A stretch of DNA of 64,000 nucleotides from NCBI GenBank assembly GCA_965215505.1, contig OZ244065.1, forward strand, positions 1,696,001 to 1,760,000, written 5' to 3'. The DNA is from Capsulimonadaceae bacterium (GTDB taxonomy: Bacteria; Armatimonadota; Armatimonadia; Armatimonadales; Capsulimonadaceae). Below, one piece after another: positions 27,352 to 37,093 of the stretch (its first letter is position 1; every line of letters begins with the position of its first letter). The notes under the pieces were generated by a model that made no database searches, had not been told where the DNA came from, and was given only the letters and a program-made list of their open reading frames with translations. A program made the position numbers and the translations under genes.

Positions 27352-28062
27352 TTAATAGTGCCTGAGCTGGAGCCGCCAGGTTTCCCCGAACTGCGCGATG
27401 TTCTGGTTGACGACGTGGCCGTCACCCATCAGCTCGTTGTAGCGCTTCTGGCTGACCAGGAAGCCGCCGTGCCAGGAGCCATTGCCGTCCATCAGGACAT
27501 TGATCTCGGCGTTCTCGTGGGGGTTGTTCTGGCTGTCGTAGGCGACCAGCGAGCCGTACTTGGTGCCGAGCAGGGCGATCTCGGTGCGGTACAGATAGGA
27601 CGTCCCGTACTTCCCGTAAGCGGTCGGCGTCGCGTCAATGGGGATGGGATAGCCGCCGGCATAGGTGCTGATGTCCAGACCGGAGTAGCCGCCGTCGGCG
27701 GGGCAGTGCCACAGTTCTTTGTTGTGGATATAGGGCGCGAGGATGTCATGGAGGAACGGCATCCGATGGACCTGGGCCTGGTAGGGCGAGCCGGTCCAGA
27801 TGTCGGGGTTCGCGTACTGGTCGGACGGGTCCGTCCCAGCGGGGTAGAGGTCGTCGGCCTCGTCGGCGTACATGGAAACCGCCATGCCGATCTGGCGCAG
27901 GTTGGAGATGCAGACGGTCTGCCGCGCCCGCCCCCGGACGGAGAAGAAGACGGGGAGCAGGATCGCGGTCAGCAGCGCGATGATGCTGATGACGACCAGA
28001 AGCTCGATCAAGGTAAACGCCCGTGGTTCAGACGCCGGTCTGCCGTCGTATCGCTGTCGCAT
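27352..28062 (-). CDS. Prepilin-type N-terminal cleavage/methylation protein (DUF1559/H-X9-DG type)
   Basis: [40 protein letters not shown]...N.LMGDGHV. Confidence 0.9.
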   Translation of the reverse strand: MRQRYDGRPASEPRAFTLIELLVVISIIALLTAILLPVFFSVRGRARQTVCISNLRQIGMAVSMYADEADDLYPAGTDPSDQYANPDIWTGSPYQAQVHRMPFLHDILAPYIHNKELWHCPADGGYSGLDISTYAGGYPIPIDATPTAYGKYGTSYLYRTEIALLGTKYGSLVAYDSQNNPHENAEINVLMDGNGSWHGGFLVSQKRYNELMGDGHVVNQNIAQFGETWRLQLRHY

Positions 28063-28088
28063 GGTGCCGTTCTTTCTAATGATTGCAT

Positions 28089-28904
28089 CTATTCGAGGTC
28101 ATCGAGGTACTCGCGCAGGCGGGAGGCATACTGCGGGAAGGCGACGGCGGGGTCCGCCAGGGCGGGTATCCAGCGCTTCTCCCATTCCAGGTTGATCCAG
28201 CCGTCATAGCCGCTGGCTTTCAGCAGACGCAGCATCGGCAGAATCGGGATGTCGCCCTCGCCCAGCAGGCAGTACGTCCCGCCCGGATGGCTGTCCTTGA
28301 CGTGTGCCTGCTCAACATACGCGCCGAGGGCCTCAAAAGTTTCCGCCGGCCGCTCCCCCTGCCGGAAGGGGTGGTGCAGGTCCCAGAGCGCCCGGACGCG
28401 GGGGTGGGCCGCCTGACGCAGCACATCGGCCGCCTGCGCGCCGGTCGAGAACGCATCGTGCGTTTCCAGCACGACCCGGACCGGCCCTACGGACGCGGCA
28501 TGGTCCCCGAGTTCCACCAGGGCGGAGGCGACGCGCTTGACCGCCTCGGGGCGCTCGGACTCCTCGCCGATGCCGCCGCCGAAGACGCGCACGGTGGGGG
28601 CACCGAGGTCGGCGGCGAGGTCGAGGGCGCGGCGGCCTTCCTCCAGAGCGCGTGCGCGGGCCGCCGGGTCCGGGTCGGTGAAGGAGCAGGAGGTGTCCAC
28701 GCCGCAGATCGCAATCCCCGCATCCGCGAAGCGCCGCCGCGTCCCCCCGACGGCGGAAGGGGCGAAGGCCGGCGCTTTCGTCAGATCGAGGTCAGGCCCC
28801 AGGCCGCGCAGCTCGACGCCCGCATAGCCGTAGGCGGGCAGGCGGGTCAGAATTTCGTCCAGTGTCCAGTCGGGACAGCCCAATGTGGAGACGCCGAGTT
28901 TCAT
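28089..28904 (-). CDS. Sugar phosphate isomerase/epimerase (AP endonuclease 2 TIM barrel)
   Basis: [40 protein letters not shown]. Confidence 0.88.
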   Translation of the reverse strand: MKLGVSTLGCPDWTLDEILTRLPAYGYAGVELRGLGPDLDLTKAPAFAPSAVGGTRRRFADAGIAICGVDTSCSFTDPDPAARARALEEGRRALDLAADLGAPTVRVFGGGIGEESERPEAVKRVASALVELGDHAASVGPVRVVLETHDAFSTGAQAADVLRQAAHPRVRALWDLHHPFRQGERPAETFEALGAYVEQAHVKDSHPGGTYCLLGEGDIPILPMLRLLKASGYDGWINLEWEKRWIPALADPAVAFPQYASRLREYLDDLE

Positions 28905-28944
28905 GCGCTCCCTTTCGGCGTCCGCGTCCCGAATTCCTGCCGAC

Positions 28945-28976
28945 AAAAAAGCGGGCCTGCCGGATGGCAGGCCCGC
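28945..28976 (-). terminator. Intrinsic terminator
   Basis: GCGGGCCTGCC-N4-GGCAGGCCCGC plus T6 on the minus strand. Confidence 0.85.
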
Positions 28977-28990
28977 TTCGCGTCGCTCCC

Positions 28991-29317
28991 CTAACGGGAG
29001 TGGTGGTAGCTGCGGTGGTAGCGGTGATACCGGGCGCGCTGGTCGCGTCGTGCCTGCGCCTGGCTCTGGCTGTGGCGATCCTGTTCGTAGCGGTTCGCCG
29101 AATAGGCCGCACCCGCCGCGCCCAGGATGGTGGCGGTGTTGTTGTGCTTGAGCAGCCCGTAACCCGCGACGGCCGCCCCGGCGATGCCGAGGTTGCGCCA
29201 CTGGTTCTTGTTGCTCTGGCGGCTGGACTGGTCCGCGTGCGCCGTCAAGGGCGCGAATGTCGAGGCGGCGAGGGTCGCCGCCAGACCGATCAGGGTCCAT
29301 GCGTTCACTTGCTTCAT
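28991..29317 (-). CDS. Small exported protein with a glycine-zipper-like segment and His/Arg-rich tail
   Basis: Signal peptide ending AHA; GIAGAAVAGYG / GAAGAAY; followed by a terminator. Confidence 0.7.
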   Translation of the reverse strand: MKQVNAWTLIGLAATLAASTFAPLTAHADQSSRQSNKNQWRNLGIAGAAVAGYGLLKHNNTATILGAAGAAYSANRYEQDRHSQSQAQARRDQRARYHRYHRSYHHSR

Positions 29318-29586
29318 GGTTCTAAGTCCTTTTCTCCGTATGTCTGACCTCCGGCCGAGGGGGCCGGGAGTTGTTCCGCTTCTGTCTTTGAGAGACCGAC
29401 GTACACATCATTATGTTCCACGCGGATGACATGGTCGCCCGGCACGAACACCTGTTTTAGCCCGAGCAACCCGTGTGCAAGGACGATGCCCCGGAAAACG
29501 TCCACGCCCGTGTCGGCAACCACTTCCGCGACGGTCCCCAGGTCGCCGTCGGTCCCGTGGACGGTCATCCCGCGCTCGATCAGCAT
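29314..29586 (-). CDS. PRC-barrel/DUF2171-like small protein
   Basis: IERGMTVHGTDGDLGTVAEV...VFVP...V..VE...VYV.L. Confidence 0.7.
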   Translation of the reverse strand: MLIERGMTVHGTDGDLGTVAEVVADTGVDVFRGIVLAHGLLGLKQVFVPGDHVIRVEHNDVYVGLSKTEAEQLPAPSAGGQTYGEKDLEP

Positions 29587-29613
29587 GTAACTTCCTGCTT
29601 CCATGTTAGGAGG

Positions 29614-29639
29614 ATACCCACCGCATACGCGGACAAAAC
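29614..29639 (-). promoter_or_regulatory. sigmaB/SigF-like promoter candidate
   Basis: Minus strand GTTT-N16-GGGTAT, 27 nt before the ATG. Confidence 0.6.
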
Positions 29640-29646
29640 GGGCGTC

Positions 29647-29676
29647 TTGACAGCCGCCCTTTTCGCACCGTATAAT
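29647..29676 (+). promoter_or_regulatory. sigma70 promoter of tRNA-Ser
   Basis: TTGACA-N18-TATAAT. Confidence 0.85.
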
Positions 29677-29700
29677 AGGGTGTGAGCAGGGCAACAATGT

Positions 29701-29788
29701 GGACAGGTGCCGGAGTGGTCATAACGGAACTGTCTTGAAAACAGTCGAGGGCGCAAGCCCTCCGTGGGTTCGAATCCCACCCTGTCCG
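29701..29788 (+). tRNA. tRNA-Ser(TGA), CCA not encoded
   Basis: GGACAGG/CCTGTCC acceptor stem, ACTGT-CT-TGA-AA-ACAGT anticodon arm, long variable arm, GGTTCGAATCC, discriminator G. Confidence 0.96.
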
Positions 29789-29851
29789 CTCACGCTGATC
29801 GCCATCAATCCTGTATGATTGCGGTCGTTTTACACACAAAGAGGAAGCGCC

Positions 29852-30472
29852 ATGAGAAAGTTTGTATCCCCTCTCTTGCCTCTCCCCCCCGCCCTTGCTG
29901 CGCTGGCCTGCCTCACCGCCGCGCCCGCCTGCGGGCAGTCCTACACGTTCACTAGCAACGGGACCGGAATCTACTTCACGGACACCCTGACGACGGGGCG
30001 GCCTCACGCCGTGGACTTCCTCTCCAAGACCTCCGGCCAGTCTGCCGGCAAGGATGCGATCCTGACCATCGCCGGCTTTGGTAATGCCGGCATCGTCTAT
30101 ACCAACGTCGGCCAGTTCTATCACCAGAACACCGACCTGACCACCGCCACCGTCCAGCTCCAGGATGCGGCCTCGGGGGCCATGCTCTTCGCCGGCGGCG
30201 GCCCCATGCATTACGAGTTCATCACCTCGCCCTATGGGATAGACACCCTAACGCTTGGCGGGACCACCCAAGATGCCGTCGGCACACCGTGGAACTTCAA
30301 CTTTTTCAAGGACGAGGATAAAGGGGTAGTCATCAGCAAGCTAATGGTGCCGGTTCCGGAGCCTGCGCCCGCCGTGGACCTGGGCCTGATGCTAGGGCTG
30401 ACACTGGCATCGGTAGTGTGGAACGCCCGCAAGCGGCGCAACACGGTTCAGGATGATCAGAGCAATATGTAA
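29852..30472 (+). CDS. PEP-CTERM-like surface protein
   Basis: N-terminal signal peptide; C-terminal VPVPEP, TM helix, RKRR. Confidence 0.75.
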   Translation: MRKFVSPLLPLPPALAALACLTAAPACGQSYTFTSNGTGIYFTDTLTTGRPHAVDFLSKTSGQSAGKDAILTIAGFGNAGIVYTNVGQFYHQNTDLTTATVQLQDAASGAMLFAGGGPMHYEFITSPYGIDTLTLGGTTQDAVGTPWNFNFFKDEDKGVVISKLMVPVPEPAPAVDLGLMLGLTLASVVWNARKRRNTVQDDQSNM

Positions 30473-30485
30473 AGGAGGCCCCGTC

Positions 30486-30737
30486 ATGCGCCGCCTCCAA
30501 CTTTTCGGTATTATCGCCCTGTTGACGGTGGCAGGCCGGGTCGCTCAGGCCCAGACTGGTGCCGGTCTTAGAACACAAACCGCGCCGCCGATCAAGCCGC
30601 AGAAGGCCGGAAAGGCGGCGGCCTCCCTGGCAAGCATCAGCGCAGAACTCGACCGCCTGCAACAGCAGATTGACGATCTAAGGCGGCAGGTTGCTGCGCT
30701 CAAAGCAGACAGTGAGCGCACAACGGCGAAGCCGTAG
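30486..30737 (+). CDS. Small exported coiled-coil protein
   Basis: AAGGAGG RBS, signal peptide, heptad LDRLQQQIDDLRRQVAAL. Confidence 0.65.
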   Translation: MRRLQLFGIIALLTVAGRVAQAQTGAGLRTQTAPPIKPQKAGKAAASLASISAELDRLQQQIDDLRRQVAALKADSERTTAKP

Positions 30738-30792
30738 AAAACAGACAGAGAGGCCCGGAGCATGATGCTCCGGGCCTCTCTGTCTGTTTTCT
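30736..30792. terminator. Perfect inverted repeat with 28-bp arms, probable bidirectional terminator
   Basis: AGAAAACAGACAGAGAGGCCCGGAGCAT-G-ATGCTCCGGGCCTCTCTGTCTGTTTTCT between convergent genes. Confidence 0.85.
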
Positions 30793-30808
30793 GCCGCCGG
30801 ATGTGATG

Positions 30809-33373
30809 TCAGACGTTGCTAATCTGCTGCATAGGCTCTTCGAGAGGCTGCTCAACGGCGACTTCGACGGGTGCCGTCAACGCCAAGTTGTGTTCGCCCT
30901 CGGCTCCCAGCGGGCTGCCCTTGCGGAAGACGATGCCGCGTTCCTCGTCCACGTCCACGACGACCGTGTCGTTGGCGAGGAAGCGGCCCAGCAGGATCTC
31001 CTCGGCCAGCGGGTCTTCCACCAGACGCTGCACGGCGCGGCGCAGAGGCCGGGCACCGTACTGCGGGTCGAAGCCCTCACGGGCGAGGTACTGCTTGGCG
31101 GCGTCCGTGACCTCAAAGTCCATGCCCTTCTGCGCGACTTGCTTGCTCACCCGGTCCAGCATCAGGGTCACGACCTCGTTGATCTCCTCGGCGGAGAGCG
31201 GGTGGAAAATGATCGTCTCATCCACGCGGTTCAAGAACTCGGGCCGGAAGACCCGCTTCAGCTCGTCGGTGATGCGCCCCTTGATGCTGTCCATCTGGCG
31301 GGACACTTCTTCCGACGACTTCGGACCCGCCGCGGCCCGCCCAAAGCCCATCTCGCGCTCGCCCTGGATGGAGCGCGCGCCGATGTTGCTGGTCATAATC
31401 AGAATGACATTCTTGAAATCAATGACGCGCCCGTGCGAGTCGGTCAGCCGGCCGTCCTCCATGATCTGGAGCAGGATGTTGTAGACCTCCGGGTGCGCCT
31501 TCTCGATCTCGTCGAGCAGGACGACCGAGTACGGGTTGCGCCGCACGGCCTCGGACAACTGCCCGCCCTCGTCGTAGCCGACATAGCCGGGAGGTGCGCC
31601 GACCAGGCGGGACACGGCGAAGCTCTCCATGTACTCCGACATGTCGATGCGGATCAGGTTGTCTTCCTTCTCGAACAGGTAGGCGGCCAGGGCACGCGCC
31701 AATTCGGTCTTGCCGACGCCGGTCGGCCCGAGGAAGATGAACGAGCCGATGGGCCGCTTGACATCGCGCAGACCTGAGCGGGAGCGGCGGACGGCCTTAG
31801 AGATCGCCACGATGGCCTCGTGCTGGCCGATGATCCGCTTGTGCAACTCTTCTTCCATGCGGAACAGCTTCTGCGTCTCGGCCTCCACCAGCCGGGCGAC
31901 CGGGATGCCGGTCATGGAGAAGATGATGCTCGCGACCTCGTCCTCGTCTACGGTCTGCTTGGCGTCCTTCTTGGTCTCCTGCCAGCCTTCTTCCAGCCCG
32001 GCGACGCGCTCTTCCAGCTCGCGCTTACGGCCCTGAAGCTCATACGCCTTTTCGTACTGGCGGTTGTTCGGCAGGCCGTTCAGCTCCTTCTGGACCGCGT
32101 TCAGCTCGATCTTGGCGTCGCGAAGCTCCTGGGGAGGCATCGCGCCGCGCAGGCGGACGCGCGAGGCGGCCTCGTCAATGACGTCAATCGCCTTGTCCGG
32201 CAGGAACCGGTCGGAGATGTAGCGGTCGGACAGCCGGGCCGCCGAGTCCAGGGCCTCGTTGGTGATCTCGACCTTGTGGTGCTGCTCGTAGCGGGGCCGC
32301 AGGCCCTTCAGGATCTCAATGGCGTCTTCCACCGACGGCTCCTTGACCTGGATGGCTTGGAAGCGGCGCTGCAAGGCGGCGTCCCGCTCCACATACTTGC
32401 GGTACTCGTCCAGCGTCGTCGCGCCGATGCACTGGAGTTCGCCTCGTGCCAGGGCCGGCTTCATGATATTGGAGGCATCAATCGCGCCCTCGGCCGCGCC
32501 CGCGCCGACGAGGGTGTGCAGCTCATCAATGAACAGGATGATCTCACCCTGCGCCTTCCGCATCTCCTCCATGACGCGCTTCATGCGCTCCTCGAACTCG
32601 CCCCGGTACTTGGTGCCGGCGACAAGGGAGGCGAGGTCGAGCTGGACGACGCGCTTGTCCTTCAGGAAGTCGGGGATGTCGCCCATGACGATGCGCTGGG
32701 CCAGGCCCTCGGCGATGGCCGTCTTGCCAACCCCCGGCTCGCCCAGCAGGCACGGGTTGTTCTTCATGCGACGCGAGATGATCTGGATGCACCGCTCGAT
32801 CTCGTTGGCCCGCCCGATGACCGGGTCGAGCTTCTCGTTACGCGCCATCTCGGTCAGGTCGCGCCCGAACTCGTCCAGAGTCGGAGTGCGCGTCTTGGCC
32901 GCCTGTCGGCTGCCGCCCGCCGCCGCGCCGCCCTCGCCGCCGCCTTCCTGGAGGTGCATGACCTCGCGCCGGGTCCGGTCGAGGTCCACGCCAAGCTTGG
33001 ACAGGACGCGGCCCGCCAAACCTTCCCCTTCACGGATCAAGCCAAGCAGCAGGTGTTCCGTCCCGATGTAGTTGTTGTTGAGCTGCCGCGCCTCGTCGTA
33101 GGCGAGGTCTATCACGCGCTTCGCCCGCGGCGTGAGCTGCATGTCCTGACCCAAGCGGCCGTCGCCGCGCGCGACCTGCCGCTCGATCTCGGACCGGATG
33201 CGGCCCAGGCTGACGCCGATACGGTCCAGGATGCGGGCGGCCACGCTGTCATTCTCACGGACCAGGCCGAGCAGCAGGTGTTCGGTGGAGACATAGTTCT
33301 CGCCGAGTCGCCCCGCCTCTTCCTGTGCATAGAACACGACCTTGCGGGCGCGCTCGGTAAATCGTTGCCACAT
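30809..33373 (-). CDS. clpC: ATP-dependent Clp protease ATP-binding subunit ClpC
   Basis: Two Clp-N repeats (TEHLLLGL), [31 protein letters not shown] ClpP-docking loop. Confidence 0.96.
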   Translation of the reverse strand: MWQRFTERARKVVFYAQEEAGRLGENYVSTEHLLLGLVRENDSVAARILDRIGVSLGRIRSEIERQVARGDGRLGQDMQLTPRAKRVIDLAYDEARQLNNNYIGTEHLLLGLIREGEGLAGRVLSKLGVDLDRTRREVMHLQEGGGEGGAAAGGSRQAAKTRTPTLDEFGRDLTEMARNEKLDPVIGRANEIERCIQIISRRMKNNPCLLGEPGVGKTAIAEGLAQRIVMGDIPDFLKDKRVVQLDLASLVAGTKYRGEFEERMKRVMEEMRKAQGEIILFIDELHTLVGAGAAEGAIDASNIMKPALARGELQCIGATTLDEYRKYVERDAALQRRFQAIQVKEPSVEDAIEILKGLRPRYEQHHKVEITNEALDSAARLSDRYISDRFLPDKAIDVIDEAASRVRLRGAMPPQELRDAKIELNAVQKELNGLPNNRQYEKAYELQGRKRELEERVAGLEEGWQETKKDAKQTVDEDEVASIIFSMTGIPVARLVEAETQKLFRMEEELHKRIIGQHEAIVAISKAVRRSRSGLRDVKRPIGSFIFLGPTGVGKTELARALAAYLFEKEDNLIRIDMSEYMESFAVSRLVGAPPGYVGYDEGGQLSEAVRRNPYSVVLLDEIEKAHPEVYNILLQIMEDGRLTDSHGRVIDFKNVILIMTSNIGARSIQGEREMGFGRAAAGPKSSEEVSRQMDSIKGRITDELKRVFRPEFLNRVDETIIFHPLSAEEINEVVTLMLDRVSKQVAQKGMDFEVTDAAKQYLAREGFDPQYGARPLRRAVQRLVEDPLAEEILLGRFLANDTVVVDVDEERGIVFRKGSPLGAEGEHNLALTAPVEVAVEQPLEEPMQQISNV

Positions 33374-33424
33374 GGTGTTGCTTCTCCCCGGTTCTTATAC
33401 CCTAAAGCGCCCGCCCCGACCGGG

Positions 33425-34534
33425 CTAGCGCGTGTGTTCCCGAATCTTATTGCGGATCAACGCCGGGCGGCGCGTCTCCTCGTAAAACGTGTACTGTGCC
33501 TTCTCGCCTGAAACGAACTGGGCACCCAAACGGAGCGAGGACAGCAGCTCATTGAAGACGCGGTTGCTCACTCCGGTCGGCATCCCAAACTGCGCGCCGA
33601 GACGCAGGAGGGAGAGGATCGCCATCGAGTCGCCCGCCGACAGGCGCTCCGCCGACTTCAGCCGCGCTTGCGCGCCCGCGATCTTTTCCTCTACTAGAGA
33701 ACGCTGATCGCGCCAGAGCAGTTCCCTTGCTGCCTGCTCGTCGGTCAGCAGCAGGGTCGCCGTGGCGGCCAGCCGGGTGAGGAGCTGGCGCTCCGATTTG
33801 CCCGTGCTGACGGCGTTCGAGATCTGGTGGACGTCCCCCGCCGCGACGCTGTGTTCGCCGTAAGGGCCGCGCACGGCGGCCCCCAGGGTGCGCGCCGCGT
33901 CCAGGGCGCCGTCGAGTTTTGCTGAGATCGCGAGGCCGGGCAGATGCGCCATGACCGAGACGCGCAGGCCCGTCCCGCAATTAGACAGCGACGAGGTCAG
34001 GTAGCCGTAGTGGTCGTCAAAGGCGTAATCCAGATGCGCCCCAAATTGGTCGTCCATCTGGTCCGCGATGCGCCAGGCGGCGTCGAGCTGCAAGCCGGGC
34101 AGGATCGCCTGCAAGCGCAGGTGGTCCTCCTCGTTGACCATAACGCTGACCGTATGCTTGTCGTCCACCAAGGCCCAGCGGTGCGGGCCGGACTGGGCGT
34201 GCGGGACGCTGATCAGGTGGCTGTCCACCAGGGCCGCCTTTTCGGCCTCGCTCTGCTTCCCGATCTCGACCGCGCGCAGGCTGACGTGGCCCTTGTCCCG
34301 GCGGCGGGCGACGGCCAGGACCTGCTTGGCGACCGCCTTCAGGTCGGCGTCTGCGGCCCGGCCCGGAAAAGCCACCCCCGCCAGGTTGCGCGCCAGGCGG
34401 ACGCGGGTAGACAGGATGACGTCCGCCTCCCACCCGGTTTCGCTGGCCCACGCGGGCGTCTGGACAGCGGCAGGCGGTGCGGCCTCCGGGGGAGAAGGTT
34501 TAAGCGGCGTTCTTGCCGAGGTGGCGGGTTTCAC
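33425..34534 (-). CDS. mcsB: McsB-like protein arginine kinase (divergent)
   Basis: STRVRLARNL, LVDSHLIS, MVNEEDHLRLQ, YAFD..YGYLT, GTGLR.SVM.HLP; directly upstream of clpC. Confidence 0.88.
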   Translation of the reverse strand: MKPATSARTPLKPSPPEAAPPAAVQTPAWASETGWEADVILSTRVRLARNLAGVAFPGRAADADLKAVAKQVLAVARRRDKGHVSLRAVEIGKQSEAEKAALVDSHLISVPHAQSGPHRWALVDDKHTVSVMVNEEDHLRLQAILPGLQLDAAWRIADQMDDQFGAHLDYAFDDHYGYLTSSLSNCGTGLRVSVMAHLPGLAISAKLDGALDAARTLGAAVRGPYGEHSVAAGDVHQISNAVSTGKSERQLLTRLAATATLLLTDEQAARELLWRDQRSLVEEKIAGAQARLKSAERLSAGDSMAILSLLRLGAQFGMPTGVSNRVFNELLSSLRLGAQFVSGEKAQYTFYEETRRPALIRNKIREHTR

Positions 34535-34691
34535 CGTGGATCTCCTTCAGCGCGCGCCTCACTTCCGCCGTGAACGTCTCATAGCACCGGGCGCAGCCCA
34601 TCTGCCCCAATGCGTACAGCTCCCGCCGTGTCAGGCCACAGCCCGGGCAGGCCTCGTCGTCGTCCGCTCGTTCCTCGACATCCGCTTCCAT
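34500..34691 (-). CDS. Miniature McsA-like zinc-binding protein
   Basis: CPGCGLT......G.MGCARCYETF.......L..IHG...H.GK matches the McsA central module; overlaps the mcsB start. Confidence 0.75.
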   Translation of the reverse strand: MEADVEERADDDEACPGCGLTRRELYALGQMGCARCYETFTAEVRRALKEIHGETRHLGKNAA

Positions 34692-34695
34692 AACC

Positions 34696-34923
34696 CTAAC
34701 TCCGCACGCGGGACCGCTTCCAGCGCATGTAGAAGGACACACCGATACCCGACACGGTCAGTCCGATGAGCAGCCCAACCGCCAGGCCCGGCAGCCGCTC
34801 CAGAAGGGGTGTGGCATCCGGAGATGCCATCGCGCCGATCGCGCTGCCGAGCAGGCCCATCAACAGGACAAACACCCACTGGAACAAGCAAGCATTTTTC
34901 GTATCACGGTCATCGGACACCAT
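34696..34923 (-). CDS. Small two-TM hypothetical protein
   Basis: Two hydrophobic helices and a basic tail. Confidence 0.5.
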   Translation of the reverse strand: MVSDDRDTKNACLFQWVFVLLMGLLGSAIGAMASPDATPLLERLPGLAVGLLIGLTVSGIGVSFYMRWKRSRVRS

Positions 34924-35044
34924 ATATGACACCATTTTACCCGATAACGGCCCGATAGTTCCGTGGCGATTCTGGTGGCCCTGAACGTGCCTCCCACGGC
35001 ACCGGTAACATCTACCTTTGGGGGAAAGCGCGACTCGGCTCTTA

Positions 35045-35656
35045 TCACGCCACGAGCGGTAAGTCCAACTCTCGTGCCATCTGTGCCGCGAAAGCCCCCG
35101 CCCGGTCAAGTTTGGAGAAGCCACCCAGACTAGAGGCCAACTTCGTCTCCCCATGCCACTTCAGGTGGACATAGAAGAAAGTACCCCCTTTGTTGCTAGT
35201 GCGCCGCACACTGATCCCTGCGATGTCACTCCAGGGACCAGTCTTTTCTTTAAGCACGATGCCGGCAGTATCGATGGTGCGGTAAGTCCGCCGGTCCAGA
35301 TTTAGCACCAGGGCACACGTCTTTATGTACCAGCAGATAACGCCCCAGTAGAGGACGAAGGCGGCGGCACCGAACGCCAGCACGATTTCCGCAGCATTCG
35401 GATGTGTCGAGAAATAGCTCCAATTGAGCAAGTTGAAGAGAGCTGGATCATCAACAAGCACACATAGCTCCAGCAGATTGAGTGCCAGCGTCACTCCAAA
35501 GATGACCAAAGCTACAGGCCGCAGGAATACCACTTCAGACCGCGTGGCCTTGCGCTGGTAACTCCCGGCCCCCAAAGCATTGGTTGAGAAGAAGCCTGTG
35601 ACGAGTGCAGGACCATAGAGCGTTGATATGAACAGCAGGCCGAAAAAATGAGACAT
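35045..35656 (-). CDS. Membrane hypothetical protein
   Basis: Three TM segments plus a soluble beta-rich C-terminus; starts 4 nt after ilvE. Confidence 0.6.
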   Translation of the reverse strand: MSHFFGLLFISTLYGPALVTGFFSTNALGAGSYQRKATRSEVVFLRPVALVIFGVTLALNLLELCVLVDDPALFNLLNWSYFSTHPNAAEIVLAFGAAAFVLYWGVICWYIKTCALVLNLDRRTYRTIDTAGIVLKEKTGPWSDIAGISVRRTSNKGGTFFYVHLKWHGETKLASSLGGFSKLDRAGAFAAQMARELDLPLVA

Positions 35657-35660
35657 GGCC

Positions 35661-36551
35661 TCATCCTATGAAAGCGCCGATGCCCGTCGTCGCTGTGTGT
35701 TCGCGGAAGGCGGCAATCAGCTCGCGCGTGATGGGGCCGGGTCTGCCGTCGCCGATAACTCTCCCGTCGAATTGGACGGCGGGGATGACTTCGGCGGCGG
35801 TGCCGGTGAGGAAGACCTCGTCGGCGTTGTAGACATCGTACTGCGTGATGATCGGCTCGCTGACCGCGTAGCCGGCCTCGCGGGCGAGGCCGATGACGGT
35901 GTCGCGGGTGATGCCTTGCAGGATGCCGATGGAGGCAGGGGGCGTCGTCAGCGCGCCGTCACGGATGAGGAAGATGTTGTCGCCGGTGGCCTCGCCGACG
36001 TAGCCTTCGCGGGTCAGCATCAGGCCCTCGCCCGCGCCCTGGCGGTTGGCCTCGGCCTTCGCCATGATGTTGTTGATGTACTTACCGGTGCATTTGACGC
36101 GCGGGTCGATGACGTCGGGCGAGGGCAGGCGCGTGGAGACGGTGGCGACGATCAGGCCGGTCTCGTACATCTCGGCGGGATAGAGGGCGAGCTGTTCGCA
36201 GGAGATGTAGACGTTCGCCTCGCCCTTGATGTGCTTGGGGTCCAGCCCCAGGCCGGTCCCGCGCGTGACAGTGACGCGGATGTAGCCGTCGCGGTGGCCG
36301 TTCGCGCGGACGGTCTCCAGGATGGACTCGCGCGTCGCTTCGGGCGGTGCGGGGATGACGATGTTGAGGGCGCGTGCCGAGTAGTAGAGACGGGCGACGT
36401 GTTCATCGAGCTTGAAGACGCGGCCGTTGTAGACCCGAATGCCTTCAAACAAGCCGTCGCCGTAGAGGAGGCCGTGGTCGTAGAAGGGGATCACCGCTTC
36501 TTGCTTCGGGGTCAAGGTCCCGTTCAGGGATACAAACTGCTGTCCAGACAT
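35661..36551 (-). CDS. ilvE: Branched-chain amino acid aminotransferase
   Basis: DHGLLYGDGLFEGIR, YIRVTVTRG, EATGDNIF, LQGITR, ADEVFLTGTAAE. Confidence 0.93.
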   Translation of the reverse strand: MSGQQFVSLNGTLTPKQEAVIPFYDHGLLYGDGLFEGIRVYNGRVFKLDEHVARLYYSARALNIVIPAPPEATRESILETVRANGHRDGYIRVTVTRGTGLGLDPKHIKGEANVYISCEQLALYPAEMYETGLIVATVSTRLPSPDVIDPRVKCTGKYINNIMAKAEANRQGAGEGLMLTREGYVGEATGDNIFLIRDGALTTPPASIGILQGITRDTVIGLAREAGYAVSEPIITQYDVYNADEVFLTGTAAEVIPAVQFDGRVIGDGRPGPITRELIAAFREHTATTGIGAFIG

Positions 36552-36648
36552 CCGCAGGCCTCCAAGTGTGTTGGGACTAGTATAGCACGGGGGACAAGGA
36601 AAAGGAACCCAGCATCGCGAATAGCCCCGGCATCAGGAGGTATCGAAA

Positions 36649-37041
36649 ATGGCAGACGCGGAAGAGGAAGTGCTGACGATCACCCGGCAGATGCTGGACG
36701 CCATGTATACGGCGAACCCGGAGGTCCACCGGCGGCACTGTGCCGAGGATATGTCCTCGTATGAGTGGTACATCGCGCCGAACCGGATCGACGGGCTGGA
36801 GTTCCACCTGAAGCTGATCGAGGGGGGCGGGAACGGGGCACCGAGTCGGCTGGACCTGCTGACGCCGCGCGTTCAGGTCTACGGTGACACGGCGGTCGTG
36901 AACTACACGCTGCTGAAAACGGATTTCCCCCCGCCGGGGGTGCTGACGCCGCCTGACTTCTCGACAATCAACGAGACGCGAGTCTTCGTCAAGCTAGGCG
37001 GCGTGTGGAAGATGGTACATCTGCACAAGTCGCCGACGTAG
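36649..37041 (+). CDS. NTF2-like protein resembling the CaMKII association (hub) domain
   Basis: C.EDMSSYE....NRIDGLEFH, LLTPRVQVYGDTAVVNY, ETRVF....G.WKMVHLHKS. Confidence 0.75.
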   Translation: MADAEEEVLTITRQMLDAMYTANPEVHRRHCAEDMSSYEWYIAPNRIDGLEFHLKLIEGGGNGAPSRLDLLTPRVQVYGDTAVVNYTLLKTDFPPPGVLTPPDFSTINETRVFVKLGGVWKMVHLHKSPT

Positions 37042-37050
37042 GGACGTAAT

Positions 37051-37084
37051 AAAAAGAGGCCGCCCCATTGGGGGCGGCCTCTTT
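37051..37084. terminator. Bidirectional terminator at the end of the nuo operon
   Basis: AAAGAGGCCGCCCC-ATTG-GGGGCGGCCTCTTT. Confidence 0.88.
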
Positions 37085-37093
37085 GCCGTTTTG

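Noticed and set aside
29701..30800. Integrative element at tRNA-Ser, or a selenocysteine/suppressor tRNA
   Set aside because: No integrase or att repeat; anticodon TGA reads UCA (Ser) and the structure is a normal tRNA-Ser.
34924..35044. Structured RNA or CtsR/CIRCE operator upstream of the mcs-clpC genes
   Set aside because: Only a weak CCGTGG/CCACGG stem; no recognisable operator or riboswitch consensus.
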